NCBI GenBank assembly: GCA_038087875.1
Contig: CM075988.1
Coordinates: forward strand, 13,022,001 to 13,082,000
DNA length: 60,000 bases
Origin: Malacoraja senta
Taxonomy: Eukaryota
Direction: 5' to 3'
Part shown: in pieces, positions 36,501 to 48,190 of the stretch
Position numbering within the stretch: the first letter of the stretch is position 1
Layout: each line of letters opens with the position of its first letter
The notes under the pieces: generated by a model
Told to the model about the DNA's origin: nothing
The model's input: the letters and a program-made list of their open reading frames with translations, nothing else
The model's database searches: none
Made by a program: the position numbers and the translations under genes

Positions 36501-37054
36501 TTATCAATAAGGGTTTACTGATAATGTTTAGTAAAAATAGACAGTAATGCTGACAATAATGAAGCCATCAACTTTTTAAGGAGGCGTTTTCTTCATTTTA
36601 ACGCAGCTCATTTACTCCAGGTGCAGCCGAGGGAAAACTTGGGGAAAGCTTCTCCAATATAACAAAAACATTGATCAGTACTGGAGCAGCTCCTTTAACT
36701 TCCCTCCATGAATCACTTGAATGAAAATTTTGGAAGATATTACCAAAACTAATACAGTGCGTATGATACACACACAAGTTCTATGTGCGAAAAAAGACGC
36801 AGGCAAAATTAATGTGCTTGTTGCAGCATCATTTTATTCTAACCAGGAGATGGCGCCATTACGAAGAATAAATCCACCAATTTTTCAGAGTACAATATCA
36901 CCATCTACTGGAAAACGTATATTATAACATTTTTAACAGTATTTTTCCTTTGTATTTTTTGTATAGCAAGAAATATGAAGCATTGGACCTTTCTTGCATT
37001 TGTAGTTTGAATGAATATTTTACTTTGATATTTTTCCATGCACAATGCTGCAAG

Positions 37055-38908
37055 GTTTAGAGGTTTAGAGTGATTGAAACACCATGGAAACTGCTCCTTT
37101 GGCCCACTGAGTCCATGCCGACCATCGATCACCCATTCACACGACCTCTAAGTTATTCCATTTTTGCATCTAGTTCCTACACACTAGGAACAAATTTACA
37201 AGGGCCAATTAACTTACACATTTTCACATCTTTGGGTTGTGGGAGGAAACTAGGGCACTCTGGAAATAAACCCACATCGTCAGGACTTGAACATGCAAAC
37301 TCAAGTTCAAGTTCAAGTGAGTTTATTGTCATGTGTCCCTGATAGGACAATGAAATTCATGCTTTGCTTCAGCACAACAGAACATAGTAGGCATTGACTA
37401 CAAAACAGATCAGTGTGTCCATATACCATTATATAAATATATACACACATGAATAAATAAACTGACAAAGTGCAAATAACAGTTAATGGGCTATTAAAGT
37501 TCAGAGTTTTGTCCGAGCCAAGTTTAATAGCCTGATGGCTGTGGGGAAGTAGCTATTCCTGAACCTGGTCGTTGTAGTCTTCAGGCTCCTGTACCTTCTA
37601 CCTGAAGGTAGCAGGGAGATGAGTGTGTGGCCAGGATGGTGTGGTTCCTTGATGATACTGCCAGCCTTTTTGAGGCAGCGACTGCGATAGATCCCCTCGA
37701 TGGAAGGGAGGTCAGAGCCGATGATGGACTGGGCAGTGTTTACTACTTTTTGTAGTCTTTTCCTCTCCAGGGCGCTCAAGTTGCCGAACCAAGCCACGAT
37801 GCAACCGGTCAGCACGCTCTCTACTGTGCACCTGTAGAAGTTAGAGAGAGTCCTCCTTGACAAACCGACTCTCCGTAATCTTCTCAGGAAGTAGAGGCGC
37901 TGATGTGCTTTCTTAATAACGGCATCAGTGTTCTCGGACCAGGAAAGATCTTCAGAGATGTGCACGCCCAGGAATTTGAAGTTCTTGACCCTTTCAACCA
38001 TCGACCCGTTGATATAAACGGGACTGTTGGACCCCATCCTACTCCTTCCAAAGTCCACAATCAGTTCCTTGGTTTTGCTGGTGTTCAGGGCCAGGTTATT
38101 GTGCTGGCACCATATGGACAGTTGCTCGATCTCTCTTCTGTCCTCTGACTCATCCCCATCAGTGATACGTCCCACAACAGTGGTGTCGTCAGCGAACTTG
38201 ATGAAGGAGTTCGCACTACGACCGGCTACGCAGTCATGAGTATAGACCGAGTACAGCAGGGGGCTGAGCACGCAGCCTTGAGGTGCTCCCGTGCTGATTG
38301 TTATCGAGTCTGACACATTTCCACCAATATGAACAGACTGTGGTCTGAGAGTGAGGAAGTCGAGGATCCAATTGCAGAGGGATGCGCAGAGACCCAGTTC
38401 TGCGAGTTTGGTAACCAGCTTGGAGGGGATGATTGTATTAAATGCCGAGCTTTAATCGATGAATAACAGCCTGACATATGAGTTTTTGTTGTCCAAGTGG
38501 TCCAGGGCGGAGTGGAGGGCCAGCGAGATCGCATCCACCGTTGATCTGTTGTGGTGGTAAGCGAACTGCAGTGGGTCCAGGTTTTTGTCGAGGTAGGAGT
38601 TGATCTGCGCCATGATCAACCTCTCAAAGCACTTCATCTCCACAGGCGTTAGTGCCACAGGTCGATAGTCATTGAGGCACGTCACCTTACTCTTCTTGGG
38701 CACTGGTATAATTGATGCCCTTTTGAAGCAGGTGGGAACCTCAGACCTCAGAAGTGAGAGGTTGAAAATGTCCGTAAAAACTCCAGCCAGTTGGTCCGCA
38801 CAGGTTTTTAGAACACGACATCACAGACATCACCTGAGATCAGGATCGAACCCATGTCTCTGCTGCTGTGAGGCAGCAGCTCGACCAGTTGCACCACGGT
38901 GCTGCCCT
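37055..38908 (-). mobile_element. tRNA-derived SINE split by a Rex1/Babar insertion (body about 37055-37300, head about 38820-38908)
   Basis: The SINE sequence ...acatgcaaac | ...cacagac...caggatcgaaccc resumes after the LINE. Confidence 0.7.
37301..38819 (-). mobile_element. 5'-truncated Rex1/Babar LINE, RT region with stops and frameshifts
   Basis: [51 protein letters not shown] and [11 protein letters not shown] motifs; (CTTGAA)n tail. Confidence 0.9.
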
Positions 38909-38911
38909 TAC

Positions 38912-39160
38912 AGTTCTAAGGGGAAAGTTTAAAGATGTGCAGGAGAAGTATTTTTATTCAGAGGGTGATGAGCGCTAGGAACGCACTGCCAAAGTGGTGA
39001 TGGATGCAGATACGATAGTGTCGTAGAAGAGTCTTTTGGCTAGACGCATGGATATGAAGGGAATGGATGGGTATGGATTATGTGCAGGCAGACAAAGGTT
39101 GTTCTTGGCATAGACACTGGGAGCTGAAGGATCTGTTCCTGTGCTGTACTGTTCTATGTT
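38912..39160 (+). mobile_element. CR1 3' fragment
   Basis: gggaaagtttaaa...cagagggtg...gtggtgatggatgcagatacgatagtg...tgtactgttctatgttc. Confidence 0.75.
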
Positions 39161-39744
39161 CCAATGCAGAAGGTTAGATGATCTCATTCATATGGTCAAA
39201 GTGAAAGCTACTTGCAATCCCTATCAGTCCAGGGCATATACAGTATTTGACACACGTACCACAACACCTGGACACATTGGACTGTGGCTTGCTCCATGCT
39301 CACATCCAACAGCTTTCATGAACTATTCACAACCAACACTGGTGCAGCATCAACCATTCAAGCCACAGACACACTTCCCTTTTGCTAGAGAATAAACTAG
39401 CAACAACAGCTGACTAGCAAACTCATTTGTCTCTCTCAGCTTGTCTGCTGCTGTGTGCTTTCAAATGTTTGTATCGTCTGCCCATCAGGAATGGGAAGAA
39501 GAGGGAATGACTCGGGTGAAAAAAAGTCCTTATCCTCCTTTTCTTATTATCCCAACTTCCAAGCTCCCTCTTTCCAATCATTTGTTTCAAATATCCAAGA
39601 CTTACATTGGCAGTAGGACACGAATGGGGTGAAGAAGACACAGTACACTGACTGTACACTTCCAGGCACCAGATTACATATTGGAAATGCATGTAATTTT
39701 TGTTAACTTGGTGACGAGACCGACATGGTTTAATGTCTTGCCAA

Positions 39745-40860
39745 TCCTTCCTTTGCTTGGATTAGAGACTATTAGCCAAAAGGAGAGACTGGACAAACTT
39801 AGATTGATTTCTCTGGAATGGCAAAAGTTGAGCAGAGATCTGATGGAAGTGTATACAATTATGAAAGGCATAATTGTATACTGCACTTTGTAATCAGCGA
39901 CTGCACTTCCTGAGGAAACTAAAACAGGCCTCACTCCCCATTAACATCCTCAGGACTTTCTACAGGGGTACGGTGGAGTCTGTACTCACGTACTGTTTAA
40001 ATACGTGGTACTCCAACTGCAACTGCTCGGACAGGAAGGCTCTGCAGAGGGTAGTGAGGGGAGCAGAGAAGATCATTGGCGTCTCCCTACCCTCGGTACA
40101 AGAACTGTTCCTGAGCCGCTGTCGGAAAAAAGCTCAGAGAATTGCTAAGGACAAACTGCACCCCCTCCACATACACCTGGATCTCCTGCCATCAGGCAAG
40201 AGATATTGCAGCATCAAAGCCGCATACAAGACTGCTAAACAGCTTCCTGCCATATGCTGTGAGGCTGCTAAACAGCCACTCTGTACTCACAGTCACCTGA
40301 TTCTGCGGCTTGGCACGGACACTATAATAACTGGCACTGGCCACTTCAATAACTGGCACTGGCCACTCAAATCAGCCACCCCGGACATGTGTATGATTGG
40401 TCTCACTGTATTTTAACGTTGTTTTTATTTATTTTAACTTTATACTGTTCCATCAGGAACTGGATTGTTTTTAGTGTTATTATGTGTGAAATGTTTTAAA
40501 CTTCATGTGCGATGCTCCGGTATTCCCTGGGAAACGTCTTTTTGTTTTGCACTGCACAACTGTTGCTTGCAAGATGACAATAAAGGAATTGAATTGAATT
40601 GAATTAAATAGGGTAGACACTCAGAACCTTTTTCCCAGGATGGAAGGGTCAAAGACCAAAAGGCATAGCTTTTAAGGTGAGAAGGCCAAAGTTTAAAGGA
40701 GATGTGTGGGGAAAGTTTTTTTACATTGATGGTGGTGGGTACCTGAAACAGGATGTCTGGGACAGTGGTGGGGGCAGATACAATAGTGGCGTTTAAGACT
40801 TTTGAATTTTGAATGCAGGGAGTGGGTTGATATGGAATATGTGCAGGCAAATGAGGCTCT
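39745..40860 (+). mobile_element. CR1 3' fragment split by a Rex1/Babar-type insertion (parts about 39745-39872 and 40606-40860)
   Basis: KERLDKL.LISLE.QKLSRDLMEVY.IMKGI on the left continues as atagggtagacactcagaacc on the right. Confidence 0.75.
39890..40605 (+). mobile_element. Rex1/Babar-type LINE 3' fragment, a different subfamily from 37301-38819
   Basis: QRLHFLRKLK...FYRGTVESVLTYC..TWY...DRKALQRVV..AEKIIG..LPS...HPLH...LLPSGKRY; AATAAA and (AATTG)n tail. Confidence 0.85.
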
Positions 40861-41017
40861 GATCGTATGGAATTTGCATGTTTTACCTTTGACCTTGGGC
40901 ATTTCCTCCGTGTGCTCCATTTCACCATTTCTTTACGATGTGTGAGTAAATTGTTTAATTTGCATCTGTAAATTGCACCTATTGAATCTGGATTGGGGAG
41001 GGGGTCATAAGTGATAG

Positions 41018-41811
41018 TGATAATATTGGCCAATTCGGTATGTAACAAAATGGAGGATTTCTGCCTTTGCAAAACCTGCTTGGCATCTTTCTGCAAAATC
41101 TGCAAAACCACGAGGTTCATGGCTCCAGAATGTCTGGGTCCTGGGAGGAAGCTAAGTACAGGGTGATGTCCAAATGTACCCCTCAATTGTTAATATGTAT
41201 GAGGGTTTTGCAGAAAGAGCTGAGCCTTGCTGCAAATGCATGATCAGGATTGGTTGGGGAAAGGTATGTTATAATACCACTGTTAACTATGTTACATGGT
41301 CTTTGCACTGTTATCTTGTGATTGGTCAAGGCAAGGGGCCTTGCTCAAATTGTTTATGTTACCTGGTAAAATGTTTCTTTACTTAGGAGAACTGTCTTTG
41401 ATTAGGAACTTTATGTAGAAACAATGTACTGAGGTATGTTGTGATTGGGTTAGGGAACTGTCAATTAATGTATTATATGATCTTTATTTATAATTGGTTT
41501 GTAGGGGTTGCACCACCCCCCCCCCCCCCCCCCGTGTATTTCGCGCCATAGGTCCGATAGAGTATATAAGAGGGGACAGCACATGAGTCTGTGTCGATCT
41601 TCTAGGGTAGCATTTGGGACCTTGCTGACCATCTGAGGTGTCTATTCGCACGAGGCTGAAGGGCTTGGATGAGTAGAGACAAGGATCGGACCCGCGATGT
41701 TCGTTAGGTATCGTATAGTATGTGTGTTTGTGTTTGAGAATAAAGAAGTTTGCTTAACTCAGTGTTTTTACTGAACCAGACTAACGGGGTGAGATTAGGA
41801 GCAGAATTACA
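41018..41811 (+). mobile_element. Solo LTR (ERV- or Gypsy-type) inserted in an old SINE
   Basis: TG...CA ends, 4-bp TSD ATAG (41014-41017, 41812-41815), TATATAA at 41563-41569, AATAAA at 41739-41744, several ATTGG boxes. SINE sequence lies on both sides (about 40865-41013 and 41816-41945). Confidence 0.8.
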
Positions 41812-42414
41812 ATAGGAGATGTTTGGGATGTGTTGATGAGAATGTGAGGAAAATAGAAAATAGGATTAATGGAGGATTAATGTAAATGTTGATGTTAACG
41901 CAGTCTTGGTAAGCATAAGGACCTGTATCCAAGTTGCATCTCTTTCTAACTCTAAATAAAAATGACACGAGAAAGACTTTTCTACACTGTGTGTAGTTGG
42001 CTTACAAAAAGAACTGTTTCTTCTGCTGGTAGAGATAGATTCAACATTAATGTTTAGCTGGATAAGAAGTTGAAAGGAAGAAAAGGAGCAGTGTTGGAGG
42101 AATAGGGTGTGGAGTTCAATTGGTAAATTGCTCTAGTGCAGGGCTGAACAATGGGCTGAATGTCCTCCTTTAATGCTGTAACCTCTCTATCCTGGTGTCA
42201 TTCAGGCATATAAGATACACTGAAGTGAGGATGTGCCTGGAAGTGCTTGAGGCCATCTTCCTGGACCACCAGTGATCTCACTTACTGAGAGTGTGTGTCC
42301 TCTATCCCCCACCTCCACCCATCCATCTTTAACCAATGGAGTAGCAACCTGCAGCAGCACGAGGACCGGTAAAGGCAATGAGGCAAGGCAATGCACAAGA
42401 GAGAAGTTGTTATT

Positions 42415-42556
42415 TGTAGGAAGGAACTGCAGATGCTGGTTTAAACCGAAGATAGACACAAAATGCTGGAGTAACTCATCGGGACGGGCAGCATCTCTAG
42501 AGAGAAGGAATGGGTGATGTTTCGGGTCGAGACCCTTCTTCACACCCTTCTCCAGG
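42415..42556 (-). mobile_element. Short Penelope-derived repeat
   Basis: aggaaggaactgcagatgctgg...tttcgggtcgagacccttcttca. Confidence 0.8.
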
Positions 42557-42684
42557 GAAGTTATTGTTATTTATAATTCTTTGATTATTAAATATGAATT
42601 TTAGCTGTGTGAGTCAGAAACTGAGCCAATTTAAAATGCAGGATAATTGGTTTTTTTTTTGGTTATTGGCAGTAATTGTCCATT

Positions 42685-43020
42685 TCTAACTTACCTTGAG
42701 AAGTTGATGGTGAGTTGATTCCTTGAACTGCTGCAGCCCTGTTGGTGAAGGTGTCCCCACAAAGCAATGATCTGAACTGGCTGATTTCCAGGCTGTTGGG
42801 AGGGAGTTCCAGGATTTGCACCCAATGTCAATGAAGGAACAGCAATCCGTTTTCAAGTCAAGATGGTTTGTGTGCTGGAGTGGATCGTGAAGGTAGAGTT
42901 CCAATATACCTGCTGCCCTCGGCCTTGCTGCTGGATGTCACACGTTTGGGATGTGCTGTCAGAGTAGCCTATGCAAGTAACTGCAGTGTATTTTGTTGAT
43001 TGCACAAAACTGCAGCTATA
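42685..43020 (-). mobile_element. Ancient LINE 3' fragment (CR1-group); a probably related fragment lies at about 20530-20720
   Basis: Translation ...GCKSWNSLP...VGTPSP.GLQQFKE.THH.LLK, a LINE ORF2-type C-terminus. Confidence 0.6.
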
Positions 43021-43943
43021 ATGAAGGAATGCTTGCTGGACAGCTGATGTTAAGTATCAGGATGCAAGTACATGCAGGGGAAAAAAGCGTGAATTTTGTG
43101 ATCCACTCTGCCTCTCTCCAAGAGGTCTGGAGAATTTTAAACGCAAGATAATTCATGTTGTTCAGTAGTTATCTTTCAGATGTGGAAGGTATGGAGTGTC
43201 AAAGGATGAAAGGGAAGAGGTGTGTCCACCTTGGCCTGGCCTGGCCTCCCCTCTACTCTCTTCCCTTCCCCTTCCCCTTCCCATCATCACATCTTTGCCC
43301 TCAATACCTTTGTCCTTCAATACCCTGAGCAAAAGCCTGATTGCAATCACAGATTTCTTGGAACACAGGATGCAGGAAATCCCTCACATTGTAAATAAAG
43401 CACGTCTGACACAGTGATTAAATATTAAAGCAAGTTGAACAGCTCGCTAATAAGAAAGGACATGTAGCTATTTTGGAATAATGCCACACATTGCCGATGC
43501 AGGACGGGAACCAGAACAATAGGTAGCATTGGAGTGGAATTTCCCCCTGGTCTCGACAGGCCAGTAATATGATTACCCTCCACTGTATAGATGCCCTGAA
43601 GAAGGGTTTGTAGTAAATGACAACTTAACCAGTATTCCTTATTCCCGAATGAGAAAATATGATTATTTGAGGCTGTGAGAATGTAACATTTAATAGGAGA
43701 ATCCCACTGTTGCCTGCCTAACCCTCCTTGTTGTGAACTAAACCCACTGTGATATTCATGATCATTGCAGTAAATAGTTTGTCGATGATTTCATGCAGAG
43801 TAATTTCCAGTGAATGATGAGTTCACTTTTCTGGCTTAATTCCTGTCTCTATTCCTCTGCTGACCAGTTGCTATTATTTTATTTTAGAAAATACTTCATT
43901 CAGAAAAATATATTCATTTCTTGCACACACATGGTGCAAGGAT

Positions 43944-44240
43944 GGCACATGGACGCGGCTGTAGAGATGCTGCCTTACAGCGCCAGAGTCCCGCATTTGA
44001 TCCTGACTACGGGTGCTGCATGTGTGGAGTTTGTGCATTCTCCCGGTGACCACGTGGGTTTTCTCTGGGTGCTCCAGTTTCCTCTCACATTCCAAAGACG
44101 TGCAGGTTTGTAGATTAATTGGCTTCTGTAGAATTATCCCAATGTGAGTAGGAAAGAACTAGTATGATCGGGTGATCACTGGTTGGTGCGGACCCAGTGG
44201 GCCAAAGGGCCTGTTTCCTCATTGTATCTCAATACTAAAA
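43944..44240 (+). mobile_element. tRNA-derived SINE (HE1/V-SINE-like)
   Basis: Head, body and CR1-like tail as in the other copies. Confidence 0.8.
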
Positions 44241-44773
44241 TACACAGTACCAAACACACATTGGGAATGCAAAGTCAAAATGAGTTCTTTATGATCAAGC
44301 ATAGTCCACCAGAACCTCCTTCGCCCCTGGGCTTGATATTGGTCATGTAAATTATTTAAAATACCCGTTTCACCTGTCAGCTGAGGCTGGGATAATACGT
44401 CAGTAAAAAGGGCCCAGCCTGGAACGCCACCTATCCATGTTCTCCGGAGATGCTGCCTGACAAGCTGAATTATTCCTTCATTTTGTGTCCTTAAAAATAA
44501 ATGACATTCGTTAGTAAATTATTTCCAATAATGCTTGATAGAAAGCAGTGACATGATGCATTTGTGTAAGCATAGACTGCTCTCTCTCGAGCATAATGTT
44601 TACTTGTTACGTCTAACAGCTTCACGATGGGGCTAGGACACATCTTTATGTGTGTGCGGATCTGTAGATAGCAAATAAGGGGATAATAAGATCTGAGTGT
44701 GTTCAACAGATTGGAAGAATTACAGGAAATTGTTGGTAAACAGTCTAGTTCTTTGTTGGACCTTGTATAACAT

Positions 44774-46437
44774 GATTCAAGATTCAAGAGAGTTTATTGT
44801 CATGTGTCCCAGATAGGACAATGAAATTCTTGCTTTGCTTCAGTACAACAGAATATGGTAGGCATGAATACAGAACAGATCAGTGTGTCCATATACCATT
44901 ATATAAATATATACACACATGCATAAATAAACAGATAAAGTGCAAATAAACAGATAATGGGCTATTAATGTTCAGAGTTTTGTTTGAGTTGAGTTTAATA
45001 GCCTAATGGCTGTGGGGAAGCAGCTATTCCTGAACTTGGACGTTGCAGTCTTCAGGCCCCTGTACCTTCTACCTGAAGGTAGTAGGGAGATGAGTGTGTG
45101 GCCAGGATGGTGTGGGTCCTTGATGATACTGCCAGCCTTTTTCAGGCAGCTACTGCGAGAGATCCCCTCGATAGAAGGGAGGTCAGAGCCGATGATGGAC
45201 TGGGCAGTGTTTACTACTTTTTGTAGTCTTTTCCGCTCATGGGCGCTCAAGTTGCCGAACCAAGCCACGATGCAACCGGTCAGCATGCTCTCTACTGTGC
45301 ACCTGTGGAATTAGAGAGAGTCCTCCTTGACAAACCGACTCTCCGTAATCTTCTCAGGAAGTAGAGGCGCTGATGTGCTTTCTTTATAATTGCATCAGTG
45401 TTCTCGGACCAGGAGAGATCTTCAGAGATGTGCACGCCCAGGAATTTGAAGCTCTTGACCCTTTCAACCATCGACCCGTTGATATAAATGGGACTGTGGG
45501 TCCCCATCCTACCCCTTCCAAAGTCCACAATCAGTTCCTTGGTTTTGCTGGTGTTGAGGGCCAGGTTATTGTGCTGGCACCGTTTGGTCAGTCGGTCGAT
45601 CTCTCTTCTCGTCCCCATCAGTGATACGTCCCACAACAGTGGTGTCGTCAGCGAACTTGATGATGGAGTTCGCACTATGACCGGCTACACAGTCATGAGT
45701 ATAGAGTGAGTACAGCAGGGGGCTGAGCATGCAGCCTTGAGGTGCTCCCATGCTGATTGTTATCGAGGCTGACACATTTCCACAAATACGAACAGTCTGT
45801 GGTCTGTGAATGAGGAAGTTGAGGATCCAATTGCAGAGGGATGCGCAGAGACCCAGTTCTGCGAGTTTGGTAACCAGCTTGGAGGGGATGATTGTATTAA
45901 ATGCCAAGCTGTAATCAATGAATAGCAGCCTGACATATGTTTTTGTTGTCCAAGTGGTCCAGAACGGAGTGGAGAGCCAGCGAGATCGCATCCACCGTTG
46001 ATCTGTTGTGGCGGTAGGCGAACTGCAGTGGGTCCAGGTTTTTGTCGAGGTAGGAGGTGATTTGCACCGTGATCAACCTCTCAAAGCACTTCATCACCAC
46101 CGACGTTAGTGCCACTGGTCGATAGTCATTGAGGCACGTCACCTTGCTCTTCTTGGGCACCGGTATAATTGATGCCCTTTTAAAGCAGGTGGGAACCTCA
46201 GACCTCAGAAGTGAGAGGTTGAAAATGTCCGTAAAAACTCCAGCCAGTTGGTCCGTACAGAACACGACCGGATATACCATCAGGTCCAGGCGCTTTTCGA
46301 GGGTTCATCCCTCTGAAGGATTTTCTGACGTCGGTCTCTGTGACTGTGACTGAAATACCATCACAGCGAATGGGGGCTCGAGAAGGCACAGCAGTGTTCT
46401 CCCTATCAAAGCGTGCGTAAAATGCATTGAGCTTGTC
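44774..46437 (-). mobile_element. 5'-truncated Rex1/Babar LINE, frameshifted; same subfamily as 37301-38819
   Basis: Colinear and highly similar to 37301-38819, extending further 5' ([21 protein letters not shown]); (CTTGAAT)n tail. Confidence 0.9.
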
Positions 46438-46774
46438 AATGGTGTTAGTATTAGTGTTAGTATTGTAATTGATGTACAAATGCCTACTTATGAACCAGAA
46501 AATATGCAATGCAACTAAGGGCCACTTCCACGGATGTCTCTGGAGCCCATATGGGTAGATTTTATTACTGCTACTTATCACTTAGAACTTTCAACAGAAG
46601 GAACTTAAGTGCCAGAACGTTTAAATCCAGAGCAATAAAGTTACCTTGCGATAACTGTACTGCAGTGTTTTTCAAAATCATATTGAAATCAAATATATAA
46701 ACTTTCCTTTACCGTTTTTTATCAAAGTTCTGGACTTGGCCACTGTGTGCATAATAGATGAAGAAGTTCAACAA

Positions 46775-46972
46775 GGTAGAGACAAAATGCTGGAGTAACT
46801 CTTGCTGAACTTCTACATCTATTTGAAATCAACAGGCAGCATCTCTGGAGAGAAGGAATGGGTGACGTTTCGGGTCGCTGAAGAAGGGTCTTGAGATGCT
46901 GCCTGACCCACTGAGTTACTCCAGCATTTTGTGTCTACCTTTGATTTAAACCAGCATCTGCAGTTTGTTCCT
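46775..46972 (+). mobile_element. Rearranged Penelope-derived insertion
   Basis: Family segments in both orientations; 13-bp flanking repeat AGAAGTTCAACAA (46762-46774, 46973-46985). Confidence 0.8.
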
Positions 46973-47149
46973 AGAAGTTCAACAACTTGGGTCACTGCCA
47001 TGTTCTCAAGGAGCATAATGGATGGGTAATAATTACTTTCCTTCTTATATAAGTTTACAAAATAAAATAGAATGACTTCAAAGTAACCTACAGATTTATT
47101 GTGGAAAAGATAACTTTTGGTCCCTATTTGGCATCTAATATACAACATA

Positions 47150-47495
47150 CGAGGGGAGACCTGATAAAGTTTATTAAAATAATGAGAGGTAGAGAGTCAG
47201 AGCATTTTGCCCAGGGTGGAAATGTCATATACTACAGGGTATAACTATGAGGTGAAAAGGACAAAGATTAAAGGAGATGTGGGGGGGAGGGGTAGATTTT
47301 AATACAGGGTGGTGAGTGCCTGGAACACACTGCTGGGTTAGTGGTGGAGGCAGATACAATAGTAACATTTAATATATTTTTGGATCAGCACATGGATATG
47401 CAGGAAATGGATTCTGTGCAGGTAGAGGAGATTAATTTAACTTGGCACCATAATCAGAACAGACATTGTGGACTGAAGGGCCTCTTCCTGGGCTC
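47150..47495 (+). mobile_element. CR1 3' fragment
   Basis: gaggggagacctgata...gtggtggaggcagatacaatagta...gaagggcct. Confidence 0.75.
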
Positions 47496-47526
47496 AGTAA
47501 AGTCCCAAAATACATGCAGATCAGAT

Positions 47527-47703
47527 GTTTAAGAAGGAACTGCAGATGCTGGAAAATCGAAGGTAGACAAAAATGCTGGAGAAACTCAACGGGTGAGGTG
47601 ACAAAAATGCTGGAGAAACTCAGCGGGTGAGGCGACAAAAATGCTGGAGTAACTCAGCGGGTGAGATCTCACCCGCTGAGTTTCTCCAGCATTTTTGTCC
47701 ACC
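47527..47703 (-). mobile_element. Penelope-derived insertion with 3x34-bp tandem units and a terminal palindrome
   Basis: Units start at 47566, 47600 and 47634; inverted copy at 47667-47699; flanking repeat TGCAGATCAGAT (47515-47526, 47704-47715). Confidence 0.85.
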
Positions 47704-48054
47704 TGCAGATCAGATATGAAACTTTTTGCTTTGCTTTTTCCTTGATTGTAATGCAGATTCCACCAATCACGTGAACAATTTAATAAATTATTCAACTGTA
47801 AGTTATAGTATCATCAAATAGAATGGAAAAAAAATCACGGAATCGTTTACCTGACTGTGGAATTAGTAAGCAACCTATTAAGGAGATTTGTTCCGCATTT
47901 AGAACTGCAATTCTTTTAACATCTACAGTAGATGAGATTCTTCTTCCCTCGGAGGAAGTGAATCTTTGAAATTTTGTGATCAAGAGGGCTGTAGAAGTCC
48001 AGTTACTGATTTTGTTCAAAAGTAAAACTTTTTTAAAAATATTGTTTCCCCCAC

Positions 48055-48190
48055 TACTATAATCAGTCTGAAGAAGAGTCCCGACCCAAAACGTTATCCA
48101 TCCATGTTTTCCAGAGATGCTGTCTGACCCACTGAGTTAACCCAGCACCTTGTTTTTTTTTGTAAACCAGCATGTGCAGTTCATTGTATT
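48055..48190 (+). mobile_element. Short Penelope-derived repeat inside an old CR1 fragment (about 47890-48300)
   Basis: aatcagtctgaagaagagtcccgaccc...ccagcatgtgcagttc. Confidence 0.7.

Noticed and set aside
40503..41186. 227-aa minus-strand ORF
   Set aside because: Runs antisense across LTR, SINE, CR1 and Rex fragments; a chance open frame.
47566..47667. CRISPR-like array of 34-bp repeats
   Set aside because: No spacers, eukaryotic context, and the units derive from the Penelope terminal repeat.
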